From assembly GCA_045222555.1 (NCBI GenBank), contig JBGUYY010000091.1, forward strand, positions 11,598 to 75,597: a DNA stretch of 64,000 nt, given 5' to 3'. Positions 1-8,066 of this stretch are shown one piece after another. The DNA is from Bacteroidales bacterium (GTDB lineage: Bacteria; Bacteroidota; Bacteroidia; Bacteroidales; WCHB1-69). How positions within the stretch are numbered: position 1 is the first letter of the stretch; each line of letters opens with the position of its first letter. The notes under the pieces are model-generated. The model was not told the DNA's origin and made no database searches. It saw nothing but the letters and a program-made list of their open reading frames with translations. The translations under genes and the position numbers were made by a program.

Positions 1-403
1 CTGATGTGGTGCTTCGAAGGGTAACACCAAGCAAGGAACCGCTGGCAATGTAAGTATATCTTCCTTCTTCACGCAAGAACTTGAGCATCGTCAGCAAATG
101 GGGATAGGCCTGAATTTCATCTAAAAAGACCAGTGTGTCAGCCTTCGTACCGCCCATCTTTTCGCCTGCGATGGTGCTTAGGCGAAAATAAAATTCATCT
201 GTCGTGGTGGCATGTTCAAAAATTCTCGGACCATTTTTGTCTTTGACAAAGTCTATTTCAATCACATTCGGGAAAAGTTCCTGGGCAACATCTCTAATAA
301 TAAACGACTTGCCAATTTGTCGGGCACCGTCAATAACCAATATTTTATTGTTATTTCCTGACAAATGATCTAAGATGAAGGAGCGAATTTTTCTTTTTAG
401 CAT
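1..403 (-). CDS. AAA+ ATPase of the AAA_14/DUF4143 type; N-terminal part only, the 3' end runs off the window
   Basis: Reverse translation from ATG at 403-401 gives MLKRKIRSFILDHLSGNNNKILVIDGARQIGKSFIIRD... It has Walker A GARQIGKS and Walker B-like LVFLDEIQ. The frame is open to position 1. It is absent from the ORF track because it has no stop in the window. Confidence 0.7.
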   Translation of the reverse strand, partial: MLKRKIRSFILDHLSGNNNKILVIDGARQIGKSFIIRDVAQELFPNVIEIDFVKDKNGPRIFEHATTTDEFYFRLSTIAGEKMGGTKADTLVFLDEIQAYPHLLTMLKFLREEGRYTYIASGSLLGVTLRSTTS

Positions 404-422
404 CGTTTCAATATTTTGGCGG

Positions 423-430
423 CAAAAATA
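423..430 (-). promoter_or_regulatory. Bacteroidota -7 promoter box TATTTTTG (minus strand) for the AAA ATPase gene
   Basis: The reverse complement of caaaaata matches TAnnTTTG. It lies about 20 nt upstream of the ATG at 403. Confidence 0.4.
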
Positions 431-507
431 CGCTTTTCCAAGAAATTTACAATGCTTTTACCACGCTTTTCCAAAAATATTTATATCAAAACACCACGCT
501 TTTCCAA
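430..507. repeat. Three direct repeats with core ACGCTTTTCCAA at exact 33-bp spacing (430-441, 463-474, 496-507)
   Basis: Read directly from the sequence. Copies 2 and 3 share 17 bp (ACCACGCTTTTCCAAAA). Copy 1 abuts the -7 box at 423-430. Confidence 0.7.
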
Positions 508-629
508 AATACCCTCTCCTCACCGTCGATGAGAATGACTTTCCCTGTGATGCGGCACCAATTTTGCTGTGCGGCAGCGGTACAGCAGAGGAGCAGGAGG
601 CTGATGAAAAGCGCGAGGCGGCGGGGCAT
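486..629 (-). pseudogene. 5' remnant of a secreted CarboxypepD_reg / TonB-dependent-receptor-like gene, truncated after about 47 codons
   Basis: From the internal ATG at 629 the frame reads MPRRLALFISLLLLCCTAAAQQNWCRITGKVILIDGEERVFWKSVVF*. That is a signal peptide followed by the ITGKV..D..GE start typical of SusC/CarboxypepD_reg N-termini. The frame then runs into the 33-bp repeat array and stops. A TACTTTTG box lies upstream at 655-662 (minus strand). Confidence 0.3.
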
Positions 630-725
630 GGGGATTATATGTAAAATGATGTGGCAAAAGTACGATAATTTGTTGAAATAGCCCAAGCCTCTGCCTCCTT
701 TTTCCGTTCTTTAAAAGAAAAGACT

Positions 726-1283
726 ATGCGATTCCGGCTGCTTTTCTTCCTTCTTTTTATGGGGTTGATGATGATGGGGAACGCCCAGCACATCACCATG
801 AAAAACTACCAACAGAAGGTGCCGCCCAGTGGGCTGGTACGAATTTCACAAAACGCGTATCGAGACCGCAATCCCATCTCCAACCTCGACTGGCTCGAGT
901 ACCTCTATTGGTTGGAAAAGATTTATGGAAAAGAATCGGAAGAATACCGCGCCGCCCAGCCCGATATGCAGATTCTTCTCCAGCAGCTGCCCGACAGTAT
1001 CGCCACCTACTATTTTCGGAATCCGTGCTACAACTCGTTTCCCGTGTTGGGCATTCCGCCCCAGCAGGCCCGCGCCTACTGCCAGTGGCGCACCGACCGC
1101 GTGGCAGAATGGATGCTCGTCAAGTTGAAACTTTTACCCGACTACAGTGATTGGTCTCGTGAAAATTGCTTCACCATTGAGAATCAGGAGATTCCAAAGG
1201 ATTTGAAAATCCTCTACTTCTTCCTGCCCACCGAAAATACAGAAACCCGCTACGGGTTCGTCTGCTTCGCGGAGTGGAGGTAA
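726..1283 (+). CDS. Secreted FGE-sulfatase/SUMF1-like domain protein (short)
   Basis: Signal peptide MRFRLLFFLLFMGLMMMGNAQ. FPVLGIPPQQARAYCQWRTDRV resembles the conserved FGE-sulfatase core. Confidence 0.5.
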   Translation: MRFRLLFFLLFMGLMMMGNAQHITMKNYQQKVPPSGLVRISQNAYRDRNPISNLDWLEYLYWLEKIYGKESEEYRAAQPDMQILLQQLPDSIATYYFRNPCYNSFPVLGIPPQQARAYCQWRTDRVAEWMLVKLKLLPDYSDWSRENCFTIENQEIPKDLKILYFFLPTENTETRYGFVCFAEWR

Positions 1284-1309
1284 TTAAACATCGGATTGAT
1301 TTTTTAATT

Positions 1310-1325
1310 ATGTCGAATTCGACAT
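1310..1325. promoter_or_regulatory. Perfect 16-bp palindrome ATGTCGAATTCGACAT; candidate enhancer-binding-protein site or operator
   Basis: Read directly from the sequence. It extends to an imperfect 28-bp palindrome at 1304-1331. It lies about 140 bp upstream of the sigma54-type promoter. Confidence 0.35.
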
Positions 1326-1461
1326 GATTAAAAGCAGGATTGTTGCGTTCCTCTGGCATGAGTTGACGGATGTGTATCATTTTGTCACGCTTTCAGACAA
1401 ATCGTCATCCTTGCCGGACAGATTGTCGCCATTTGATCATCAAATGGGCGGGGTACCATTT

Positions 1462-1477
1462 TGGCACGCTCTTTGCA
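1462..1477 (+). promoter_or_regulatory. Sigma54 (RpoN)-type -24/-12 promoter TGGCACGCTCTTTGCA upstream of hsp20
   Basis: Matches the consensus TGGCACG-N4-TTGCW, with GG and GC correctly spaced. It lies 85 nt upstream of the hsp20 ATG. No TAnnTTTG box lies between it and the gene. Confidence 0.5.
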
Positions 1478-1561
1478 AATCCTATTAGCGGTTCGCCAAG
1501 GCGAAAGCGGAGGCGGCCGAAAAAAACAAAATGTCTAACAAATTAAAAATGGAGGTGTATT

Positions 1562-1987
1562 ATGCTACCAGTAATGTTTAAAAACAGTTGGTTTCCGACA
1601 GTGTTTGAAGATTTCCTGAACAATGATTTTATGCCTCGTGCCAATACAACCGCACCGGCAGTCAATGTGAGGGTAGATGACAAGGCCTACACGATGGAGG
1701 TGGCCGCTCCGGGTATCAAAAAGGAGTTCTGCCGCGTGAGCATCAATGACGAAGGCAACCTGCATGTCGCCATCGAGAACAAGGTGGAACACAAAGAGGA
1801 AGAGAAGAAACATCACTATCTGCGTCGTGAGTTCTCGTACACCAACTACGAGCAGGCCTACACCCTGCCCGAGGACGTGGACAAGGACCATATCGAAGCC
1901 AAGGTGGAGCACGGCATTCTGACCATCACCCTGCCGAGAATGCAGAAAGAGGTGAAGAAACTCGGCCGCAACATCAACATCGGATAA
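1562..1987 (+). CDS. Hsp20/alpha-crystallin family small heat-shock protein
   Basis: Alpha-crystallin domain: AVNVRVDDKAYTMEVAAPGIKKEF ... EHGILTITLP. Confidence 0.9.
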   Translation: MLPVMFKNSWFPTVFEDFLNNDFMPRANTTAPAVNVRVDDKAYTMEVAAPGIKKEFCRVSINDEGNLHVAIENKVEHKEEEKKHHYLRREFSYTNYEQAYTLPEDVDKDHIEAKVEHGILTITLPRMQKEVKKLGRNINIG

Positions 1988-2011
1988 TCTTCAACCCAAC
2001 ACCCAACGGAA

Positions 2012-2043
2012 AAGCCGCAGCTGAACAGTTGCGGCTTTTTTTC
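2012..2043 (+). terminator. Rho-independent terminator after hsp20
   Basis: Stem AAGCCGCA / TGCGGCTT with a 10-nt loop, followed by a T-run. Confidence 0.7.
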
Positions 2044-2055
2044 GTCAAAAAATTG

Positions 2056-2063
2056 TACTTTTG
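2056..2063 (+). promoter_or_regulatory. -7 box TACTTTTG
   Basis: Matches TAnnTTTG, 30 nt upstream of the ATG at 2093. Confidence 0.45.
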
Positions 2064-2092
2064 CATCTTCAACTTTCACCAACATTTTCGAT

Positions 2093-3172
2093 ATGGAAAA
2101 ACACAGAACCGTATTGTACCTTCATGGCTATGGCAGCGATAAGAACTCCTACACGGGCAACACCCTCAAGGATCTTTTCCCGCAGCATCGCTGGGTGCTG
2201 GAGACCTTCGACCTGCTCGACGTATTCGCCACCCGTGAGAAACTCCGCACGCTGATCGATGCGGAACAGATTGATACTGTGGTATCTTCGTCGCTCGGCA
2301 GCATCTACAACCTCTTTATCAAAAATCCCATCAACCCCAGCCGCGTCATCAACAAGGTGCTCATCAATCCCTGCTGTTTTCCCTCGAAAGTGTTGGGCAA
2401 TATCGCTCCGCTCACGCAGGAACAACTCGCCGTGTGCAGGGCTGTGGAAACCAATGTCTATCAGATTCATCGTGAAAACACCCCGCAGAATCTGTTCGGA
2501 ATTTTTGCCAAAAACGACGAACTGCTGCAGTACCACGACTTCTTTGTGGGGCGTTACGGCAATGCGGGGATCGACGGTCGCATCACCTCCACCAACGCTC
2601 TCTGGGTAGAGGGCGGCCACCATCATCTGGATCGCGAAGTGCTGCGCCAGTCGGTGGGTGAGGCCTTCCGCTACTTCGACTCCATGGCTGTGGAAGAACC
2701 TGCCGCGCCCCAGTCCGAAAAGCCGATTCTGTACATTGATATGGATGGCACCTTGGTGGATTTTGAAAGTGGCATTCAGCGACTTACCACGCTGGAGCGA
2801 CTGCAGTATGACGCTTACTTTGACGAGGTGCCCGGCATTTTCGCCCGTATGGAGCCGATGCCCGGTGCCGTGAATGCCCTCGCCCGGCTGTCGGAGCGGT
2901 ACGACGTCTATATCCTCTCCACCGCCCCGTGGCGCAACCCGACGGCCTGCAACGACAAGCTGCACTGGATACACCAACATTTTGGGAAAGAAGAGGATAG
3001 CTGTCTGTATAAACGGCTGATTTTGTCGCACCACAAGAATTTGAACAGGGGAGAGATTCTGATTGATGACCGACCTCACAAGAACGGGGCGGAAAAATTT
3101 CCCCGTGTGCTTCATTTCGGCGTGCCGCCGTACGACACGTGGGATGCGGTGCTGAAGGAGCTGCTTGGGTAG
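2093..3172 (+). CDS. Fusion protein: YqiA-like alpha/beta esterase (N-terminal) plus NT5C-type 5'(3')-deoxyribonucleotidase, HAD family (C-terminal)
   Basis: The N-terminus VLYLHGYGSDKNS...SSSLGS looks like a UPF0227/YqiA esterase. The C-terminal half has HAD motif I, YIDMDGTLVDF, and an NT5C-like ILSTAPW...LIDDRPHKNG. Confidence 0.65.
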   Translation: MEKHRTVLYLHGYGSDKNSYTGNTLKDLFPQHRWVLETFDLLDVFATREKLRTLIDAEQIDTVVSSSLGSIYNLFIKNPINPSRVINKVLINPCCFPSKVLGNIAPLTQEQLAVCRAVETNVYQIHRENTPQNLFGIFAKNDELLQYHDFFVGRYGNAGIDGRITSTNALWVEGGHHHLDREVLRQSVGEAFRYFDSMAVEEPAAPQSEKPILYIDMDGTLVDFESGIQRLTTLERLQYDAYFDEVPGIFARMEPMPGAVNALARLSERYDVYILSTAPWRNPTACNDKLHWIHQHFGKEEDSCLYKRLILSHHKNLNRGEILIDDRPHKNGAEKFPRVLHFGVPPYDTWDAVLKELLG

Positions 3173-3175
3173 TCG

Positions 3176-5470
3176 CTACTTCCCGAACGGCAAGGTCAAC
3201 TGCGCCCCCACCTCGAGGTGCGGACTGTCAACGTCTTCAAAGGGCGGATTGAGCAGCCTGCTGATGCGATATTGGAAGTAAACCGACACGATGTCGTAGC
3301 CCAAGCGCGCCCGCACGCCCCACTGTAGTCGCTTGACATCATCGGTGCTCAATCGGAGCAGTGTGTCTCGATTTCGGCTGGCGAGGAATTGTCGGGCAGA
3401 GAAAACGATGCCTCCATAGATGCCAGTATCGAGGAAAATACCGTATCCGAACAGCCCGCCCGCTGCCAAACGGAACCGCTGGTAGATTTCTAACGACAGA
3501 GTTCCCATCGACAATGTGACGCGTTTCCACCATGTGTATTCGGTCAACGAGGAATAGGGATCTAACCCCACAGGCCTGTTCAATCGGTACCAGGTGCCGC
3601 CTAACTCCAAGTTGCCGCCCAGGCTGTACCACTTGCAGAAGTTGTGCTTGTAGCGGATGCCCACCACAAAACTCACCGAGGAACCGCCTTTCACTATGTT
3701 TCCCATATTGGTGCTAATTCTTCCACCTGTAGGCACTGGAAAGCCCAACGAAAAATAGGGCGCGAAGTTGTAACGGGCATTCACCCCGCGCGTTTCGGGG
3801 CGATCGCTTTCGGCGGTGTGACTTTCAGCAATGCGCCAAAGAATGCGCCGGTTGTACAGCTCCTTCGGGACAGTTTCAAGGGTGTCTTGATCTGAATGAT
3901 ATTCAATGGTATATCCGTCATAATGGGCGCGCAACACCCAGCCGTCGATGGTTTTATATTGGGATTTTGGAATTCTGATGATGTTCTCCCGCTCCTTGAT
4001 GAGAATAGTTTTGTACACCACGATGCGGCCGTCGGCTTGGGCAATATGGTAGAGGAGTTGTCCGGTGCGGATGCACTCGTCAGGTACTACGATGAAGATG
4101 GCGGAGTCGTTCTCGTAGAGTTGTAGGGTGGATTTTTCCAATGCCTTTTGGGGATTGACGAAGTAGTCGGCTTGCGGCACGCCGTAGCCATATTGGTAGT
4201 CGTAGTAGGGATAGAGGCTTCCTGACTTTTCAATTTCTGCCAATAGCTGCTGGCAGCTCCATTCGCGGTGGTTTTGCCACGCGCAGGCAGCGAATCCTGC
4301 CGTGAGGGGACTGGCGAAGGAGGTGCCGGAAGCCTTGGTGTAGAGTTGTGAACGCGAGGGATTAGCCACCTCTACGCGGGTGGCCATGGCACTCACGTTG
4401 GGCTTGATCCGCCCGTCGGCGGTTGGCCCCAGCGAGGTGAAGGAGGAGGGGTTGCCGTCGCGGTCGATGCCGCCCACGGCTAGCACATCCTCTGCATCAG
4501 CAGGGGTGATGATGGTGCGCCAGCTGCGGTCGTCGCCCTCGTTACCCATCGAGTTGCACACGAGAATTCCCTTCGCGGCGGCCATCTGCGCGGCCTTCGC
4601 CACCAGCGAGGTGCCGTTCATCTCGTCAGGGTTGTAGCGGTCTTTGCCGTACCCCAACGAGCTGTTGATGATGTTGGCCCCGTTGCGGTCGGCCCACTCC
4701 ATGCCCATCTGCCACCACACCTCCTCAACGCGGTTCTCGAGGCCGGTCTCGGTGCGCGCCAGCAGGAACTCGGCGCCAGTGGCCAACCCTAACGGCCGCC
4801 CGTGCTCGTCGATACCCGCAATGCAGCTCAGCACCATCGTGCCATGCGAGTCCCAGCCATACACGTTCTCCTTCTTCAGCGGGAAGTTGTAGGTGGCCAC
4901 AATGCGATGTTCATCGCGCAGGTGTTGGAATGCCGGATGCGTGTCGGCCATCTTGAAGCCGCCGTCCAAAACAGCGATACGGAGACCTTTGCCGTCAATA
5001 CTCTGCTCGGTAAAAGCCTCTCCTTTCATCAGATAGAGCTGTTCTGTGAGCTGGGTAGGGGTGGAGGTGTTGTTATTGGCAATATCGGTTTCCATTGTGG
5101 CGGGCAAGAAATCGCCGTCAATACGCTGTGCATTTTTTACAAAAGGCAACGCAAGAATATCTTCTATTTGGAAAGTTTTGATTGCCAACGCATTGAACCA
5201 TCTGCTTTCGCCTATCACCTCTTCCGAAAGAGCGGCAGTTTGGCTCTTGTACTGTGCGTTGAGCGGGAAGTCGGTGGAGTCGCAGAGCGGAAGTCCCTGC
5301 TGCAGGCGGCGTTCGATGGCTTTGGGATGAAAGTACGTGGCGGGGTCGAAAGAGGTCTCCTTCTTATCCTTGAAAAATACCCAATAGCACTCTTGTGCAG
5401 AGACGGAGGGTGTATGAAGAATAAGTGTTAAGAGGGAAGAGAAAAGGACAAGAAGGCGGAAGTGTCTCAT
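3176..5470 (-). CDS. S8 (subtilisin) family serine peptidase with a C-terminal beta-barrel-like domain
   Basis: Signal peptide present. Catalytic triad motifs are RIAVLDGGF (Asp), DSHGTMVLS (His) and SGTSFASPLTAG (Ser). The last ~200 aa show alternating beta-strand patterns. Confidence 0.85.
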   Translation of the reverse strand: MRHFRLLVLFSSLLTLILHTPSVSAQECYWVFFKDKKETSFDPATYFHPKAIERRLQQGLPLCDSTDFPLNAQYKSQTAALSEEVIGESRWFNALAIKTFQIEDILALPFVKNAQRIDGDFLPATMETDIANNNTSTPTQLTEQLYLMKGEAFTEQSIDGKGLRIAVLDGGFKMADTHPAFQHLRDEHRIVATYNFPLKKENVYGWDSHGTMVLSCIAGIDEHGRPLGLATGAEFLLARTETGLENRVEEVWWQMGMEWADRNGANIINSSLGYGKDRYNPDEMNGTSLVAKAAQMAAAKGILVCNSMGNEGDDRSWRTIITPADAEDVLAVGGIDRDGNPSSFTSLGPTADGRIKPNVSAMATRVEVANPSRSQLYTKASGTSFASPLTAGFAACAWQNHREWSCQQLLAEIEKSGSLYPYYDYQYGYGVPQADYFVNPQKALEKSTLQLYENDSAIFIVVPDECIRTGQLLYHIAQADGRIVVYKTILIKERENIIRIPKSQYKTIDGWVLRAHYDGYTIEYHSDQDTLETVPKELYNRRILWRIAESHTAESDRPETRGVNARYNFAPYFSLGFPVPTGGRISTNMGNIVKGGSSVSFVVGIRYKHNFCKWYSLGGNLELGGTWYRLNRPVGLDPYSSLTEYTWWKRVTLSMGTLSLEIYQRFRLAAGGLFGYGIFLDTGIYGGIVFSARQFLASRNRDTLLRLSTDDVKRLQWGVRARLGYDIVSVYFQYRISRLLNPPFEDVDSPHLEVGAQLTLPFGK

Positions 5471-6477
5471 TTCTTGATTTTTGAACGGATGTTGATGATG
5501 TAATCGGCAACTTCCTCAATGGTTTCTTCACTTTGGAACAAGGCCATGGAGGGGTCGCGGGGGAGGAAGTATTCGTAGAAGAGATATACGTCAACAGCGT
5601 GATTGTCAAGCGCGATTTTGAACATCCGCATGGCAGGACTGTTCTTGAGCTGTTTTTTGTTGTAGGTGAGATAGGTGTTGACAATGGCCTCTTTTATCCG
5701 CAGGAAAGCGCTCCCGCCCATGTTCGCCGCGTAGCCGGGTTCATATTCCCAAACGGCATTCACCAAAGCATAGGCGAACCAGTCTTCATCGTACTCAATC
5801 ACTACGATATCTTTTTCCTTTTCTTCGTTGTATTCGGTGGAGATGTGGCACTTCGGGTCAAGGTACCAGTCCACGTAGGCCACCTTGTTGGATTTGAAAA
5901 TGCCGTTGAGCATGATATTCAGGTTCTGGTTGTTGCGGTTCAGCACCTTGGCGATGGCAATTTCTTTGAGCGCCCGTTTGGGCTCGCCCGTGTACATACA
6001 GGCGTGGGCCAAACCCCAGTGTGCGAGGTAGTCAACATAGTTGGCTTTTACAGCCTTCTCATACCATTGTTCAGCTTGGAAGTATTCTTTTTCATGAAAA
6101 TAGGTGTCGCCAATATACACGATGACGTTGTACAGGTTGGGATCGATTTCCAGCGCTTTCAGATAATAGTCGCGAGCACCTGAAAAGTCGTAGTCGCCGA
6201 AAAGCTCTTCCGCTTTGTCGTACATCTCCTTCGCTTTTCCTTCCATCACATACTCCTTGATGTCGTAAGAGGAGTCCTGTTGGACACGGAAAAGGGTGTG
6301 GGGGAGCACTTTGTTGGAAAAATCGGTGGCGAGGAAATGCCCGGATTTAAGTGTATAGCTGACCGGTGAGTCGGTCATGATCTGCACGATTTGTGACGGG
6401 GAGTGGATGTCGCGCGACTGGGCGGAAAGGCATAAAGTGGTTGCCAGACAGAGGATAAAAAGTGCTGTTTTTTTCAT
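5467..6477 (-). CDS. Secreted tetratricopeptide-repeat protein
   Basis: Signal peptide MKKTALFILCLATTLCLSAQ. TPR-like helices (ARDYYLKALEIDPNLYN, AEQWYEKAVKANY). A 4-nt ATGA overlap joins it to the downstream S8 gene. Confidence 0.7.
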   Translation of the reverse strand: MKKTALFILCLATTLCLSAQSRDIHSPSQIVQIMTDSPVSYTLKSGHFLATDFSNKVLPHTLFRVQQDSSYDIKEYVMEGKAKEMYDKAEELFGDYDFSGARDYYLKALEIDPNLYNVIVYIGDTYFHEKEYFQAEQWYEKAVKANYVDYLAHWGLAHACMYTGEPKRALKEIAIAKVLNRNNQNLNIMLNGIFKSNKVAYVDWYLDPKCHISTEYNEEKEKDIVVIEYDEDWFAYALVNAVWEYEPGYAANMGGSAFLRIKEAIVNTYLTYNKKQLKNSPAMRMFKIALDNHAVDVYLFYEYFLPRDPSMALFQSEETIEEVADYIINIRSKIKK

Positions 6478-6628
6478 GATGTAAAAGGATTAAAATTTAA
6501 CAGGGCAAAAATACATTTTTTTTCGATTTATAAAAGAAGAATATCTGATTTTTTATGTAACTTTGCCGTTGATTGTGGGATTTTGTGGAGGAATTATTAA
6601 TTAATTGTATATCAATAATTTATAAGAT

Positions 6629-7492
6629 ATGAAAATTCCAGCTTCTGAATTACCGCTGACTCCTGACGGCAGAATCTACCATTTGGGCATCTTTCCTGAA
6701 GATTTGGCCGACTATATTATTGTGGTGGGCGACCCGGGACGTGTGCCAGATGTGTCGAAGTATTTCGACACGGTGGACTTCACCCATGTGAACCGCGAAT
6801 TGGTGGTGCACACGGGCACTCTGCGCGGACAGCGCATCACTGCCCTCTCCACAGGCATGGGCACTGATAACATCGACATTGTGATGACCGAACTGGATGC
6901 CTTGGCCAATATCGACCTGAAGGCGATGGAGGTGAAACCCGAGCACCGCACGCTCAACATTGTGCGTATCGGCACCTGCGGCGCCTTGCAGAAAGAGATT
7001 GATGTCCACTCATTTATCGCTGCTGAGTACGGCTTCGGCCTGGACGGTCTCATGCACTTTTACCAACATGGTGAAGGCTTTGACAATGAGATTGTTAAGG
7101 CGTTCGTGGCGCATACCGGCTGGAACGAAAAGCTTCCCTATCCTTACTGTGCCCAAGGCAGTCCCGAGCTGTTCAATCGCATCGCTTTCGACATGGTGAA
7201 AGGCGTGACCGCCAGCGCCCCTGGCTTCTTCGGACCGCAAGGCCGTGCCGTGCGCGCACAGCTCCAATATCCGGATCTCAACTCCAAAATCGACTCCTTC
7301 CGCTTCGGCGACCGCAAGATTACCAACCTCGAGATGGAGACCTCCGCGCTCTACGGCTTCGGACAAATCATGGGTCACAACGTGCTCACCATCTGCCTCG
7401 CTATCGCCAACCGCATTACCCACGACTTCTCCAAAGACTATCATCCCCACATGGAAAAACTCATCCAAACCGTTCTCAATCGTATTTTCTAA
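6629..7492 (+). CDS. Nucleoside phosphorylase (PNP_UDP_1 family, uridine-phosphorylase-like)
   Basis: Motifs VVGDPGRV, RIGTCGAL and EMETSALY. Confidence 0.8.
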   Translation: MKIPASELPLTPDGRIYHLGIFPEDLADYIIVVGDPGRVPDVSKYFDTVDFTHVNRELVVHTGTLRGQRITALSTGMGTDNIDIVMTELDALANIDLKAMEVKPEHRTLNIVRIGTCGALQKEIDVHSFIAAEYGFGLDGLMHFYQHGEGFDNEIVKAFVAHTGWNEKLPYPYCAQGSPELFNRIAFDMVKGVTASAPGFFGPQGRAVRAQLQYPDLNSKIDSFRFGDRKITNLEMETSALYGFGQIMGHNVLTICLAIANRITHDFSKDYHPHMEKLIQTVLNRIF

Positions 7493-7503
7493 CCTTAACC
7501 ATT

Positions 7504-8061
7504 ATGAAAAGAAATACCCTCCTCTTCGCAATACTCTTCATCGCAGCAGCGGTGCTGTCAACCAGCTGCAAGCGCAAAGTGGAAGAACCAGAGAAAGCTC
7601 CCGAAAAGATAGTTTCTCTTGACCTCTCCGATAGCACGGCTTTCCACGAGCTGGTGCACTTCTACATTACGAACGACATCATTCCGAAGGAGGCCGTATT
7701 GTGCGACCACGAGAGCAAGGGCGGCATGCATACTTTCGAATGTCTTGCCGAAGACCTTGAACTGTGCGCTCCCGACTACCTGCAGGACTCGCTGCATGGC
7801 ACCTTCTTCCAAGAGATTGTCTATCACCCGGGTTCCTCTGGAGATAACAACATCTATATTTGTAAAAAAGACGAGGAGGGCTTCCACCTTCTCAAATCCA
7901 TCATCGGCACCACCAACCCTGACCTCGGTCCGCAAGACGAAATCATCAACGGATACAAAGTGCTCTACTTCCAGACCGAAGATAGTGCCTTCAAACTCTA
8001 TTACGACGGCAATGATTTTGTCACTGAGCCTGTCACCAACCCAACTTTAGCCATCAACTAA
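7504..8061 (+). CDS. Hypothetical lipoprotein
   Basis: Signal peptide with lipobox AAVLSTSC. Confidence 0.55.
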   Translation: MKRNTLLFAILFIAAAVLSTSCKRKVEEPEKAPEKIVSLDLSDSTAFHELVHFYITNDIIPKEAVLCDHESKGGMHTFECLAEDLELCAPDYLQDSLHGTFFQEIVYHPGSSGDNNIYICKKDEEGFHLLKSIIGTTNPDLGPQDEIINGYKVLYFQTEDSAFKLYYDGNDFVTEPVTNPTLAIN

Positions 8062-8066
8062 CCGTT

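Noticed and set aside
430-507. Considered the phased repeats as a mini CRISPR array.
   Set aside because: There are only three copies, the conserved core is 12-17 bp, the spacers are about 16-21 bp, there is no repeat palindromicity, and there are no cas genes in the window.
375-644. 89-aa plus-strand ORF covering the 33-bp repeat array.
   Set aside because: Its periodic sequence (AFPRN / HAFPK / HAFPK) is just the translated DNA repeat. It has no promoter box and no plausible fold.
1310-1325. Considered the palindrome as the terminator of the upstream FGE-like gene.
   Set aside because: The stem would have only a 4-nt AATT loop and no trailing T-run, so it is kept as a candidate protein-binding site. 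A terminator role is not fully excluded.
2069-3115. 348-aa minus-strand ORF opposite the esterase-NT5C gene.
   Set aside because: It is an antisense shadow ORF. Its composition is Val/Gly/Arg/His-rich with no motifs, while the plus-strand frame carries clear HAD and hydrolase motifs.
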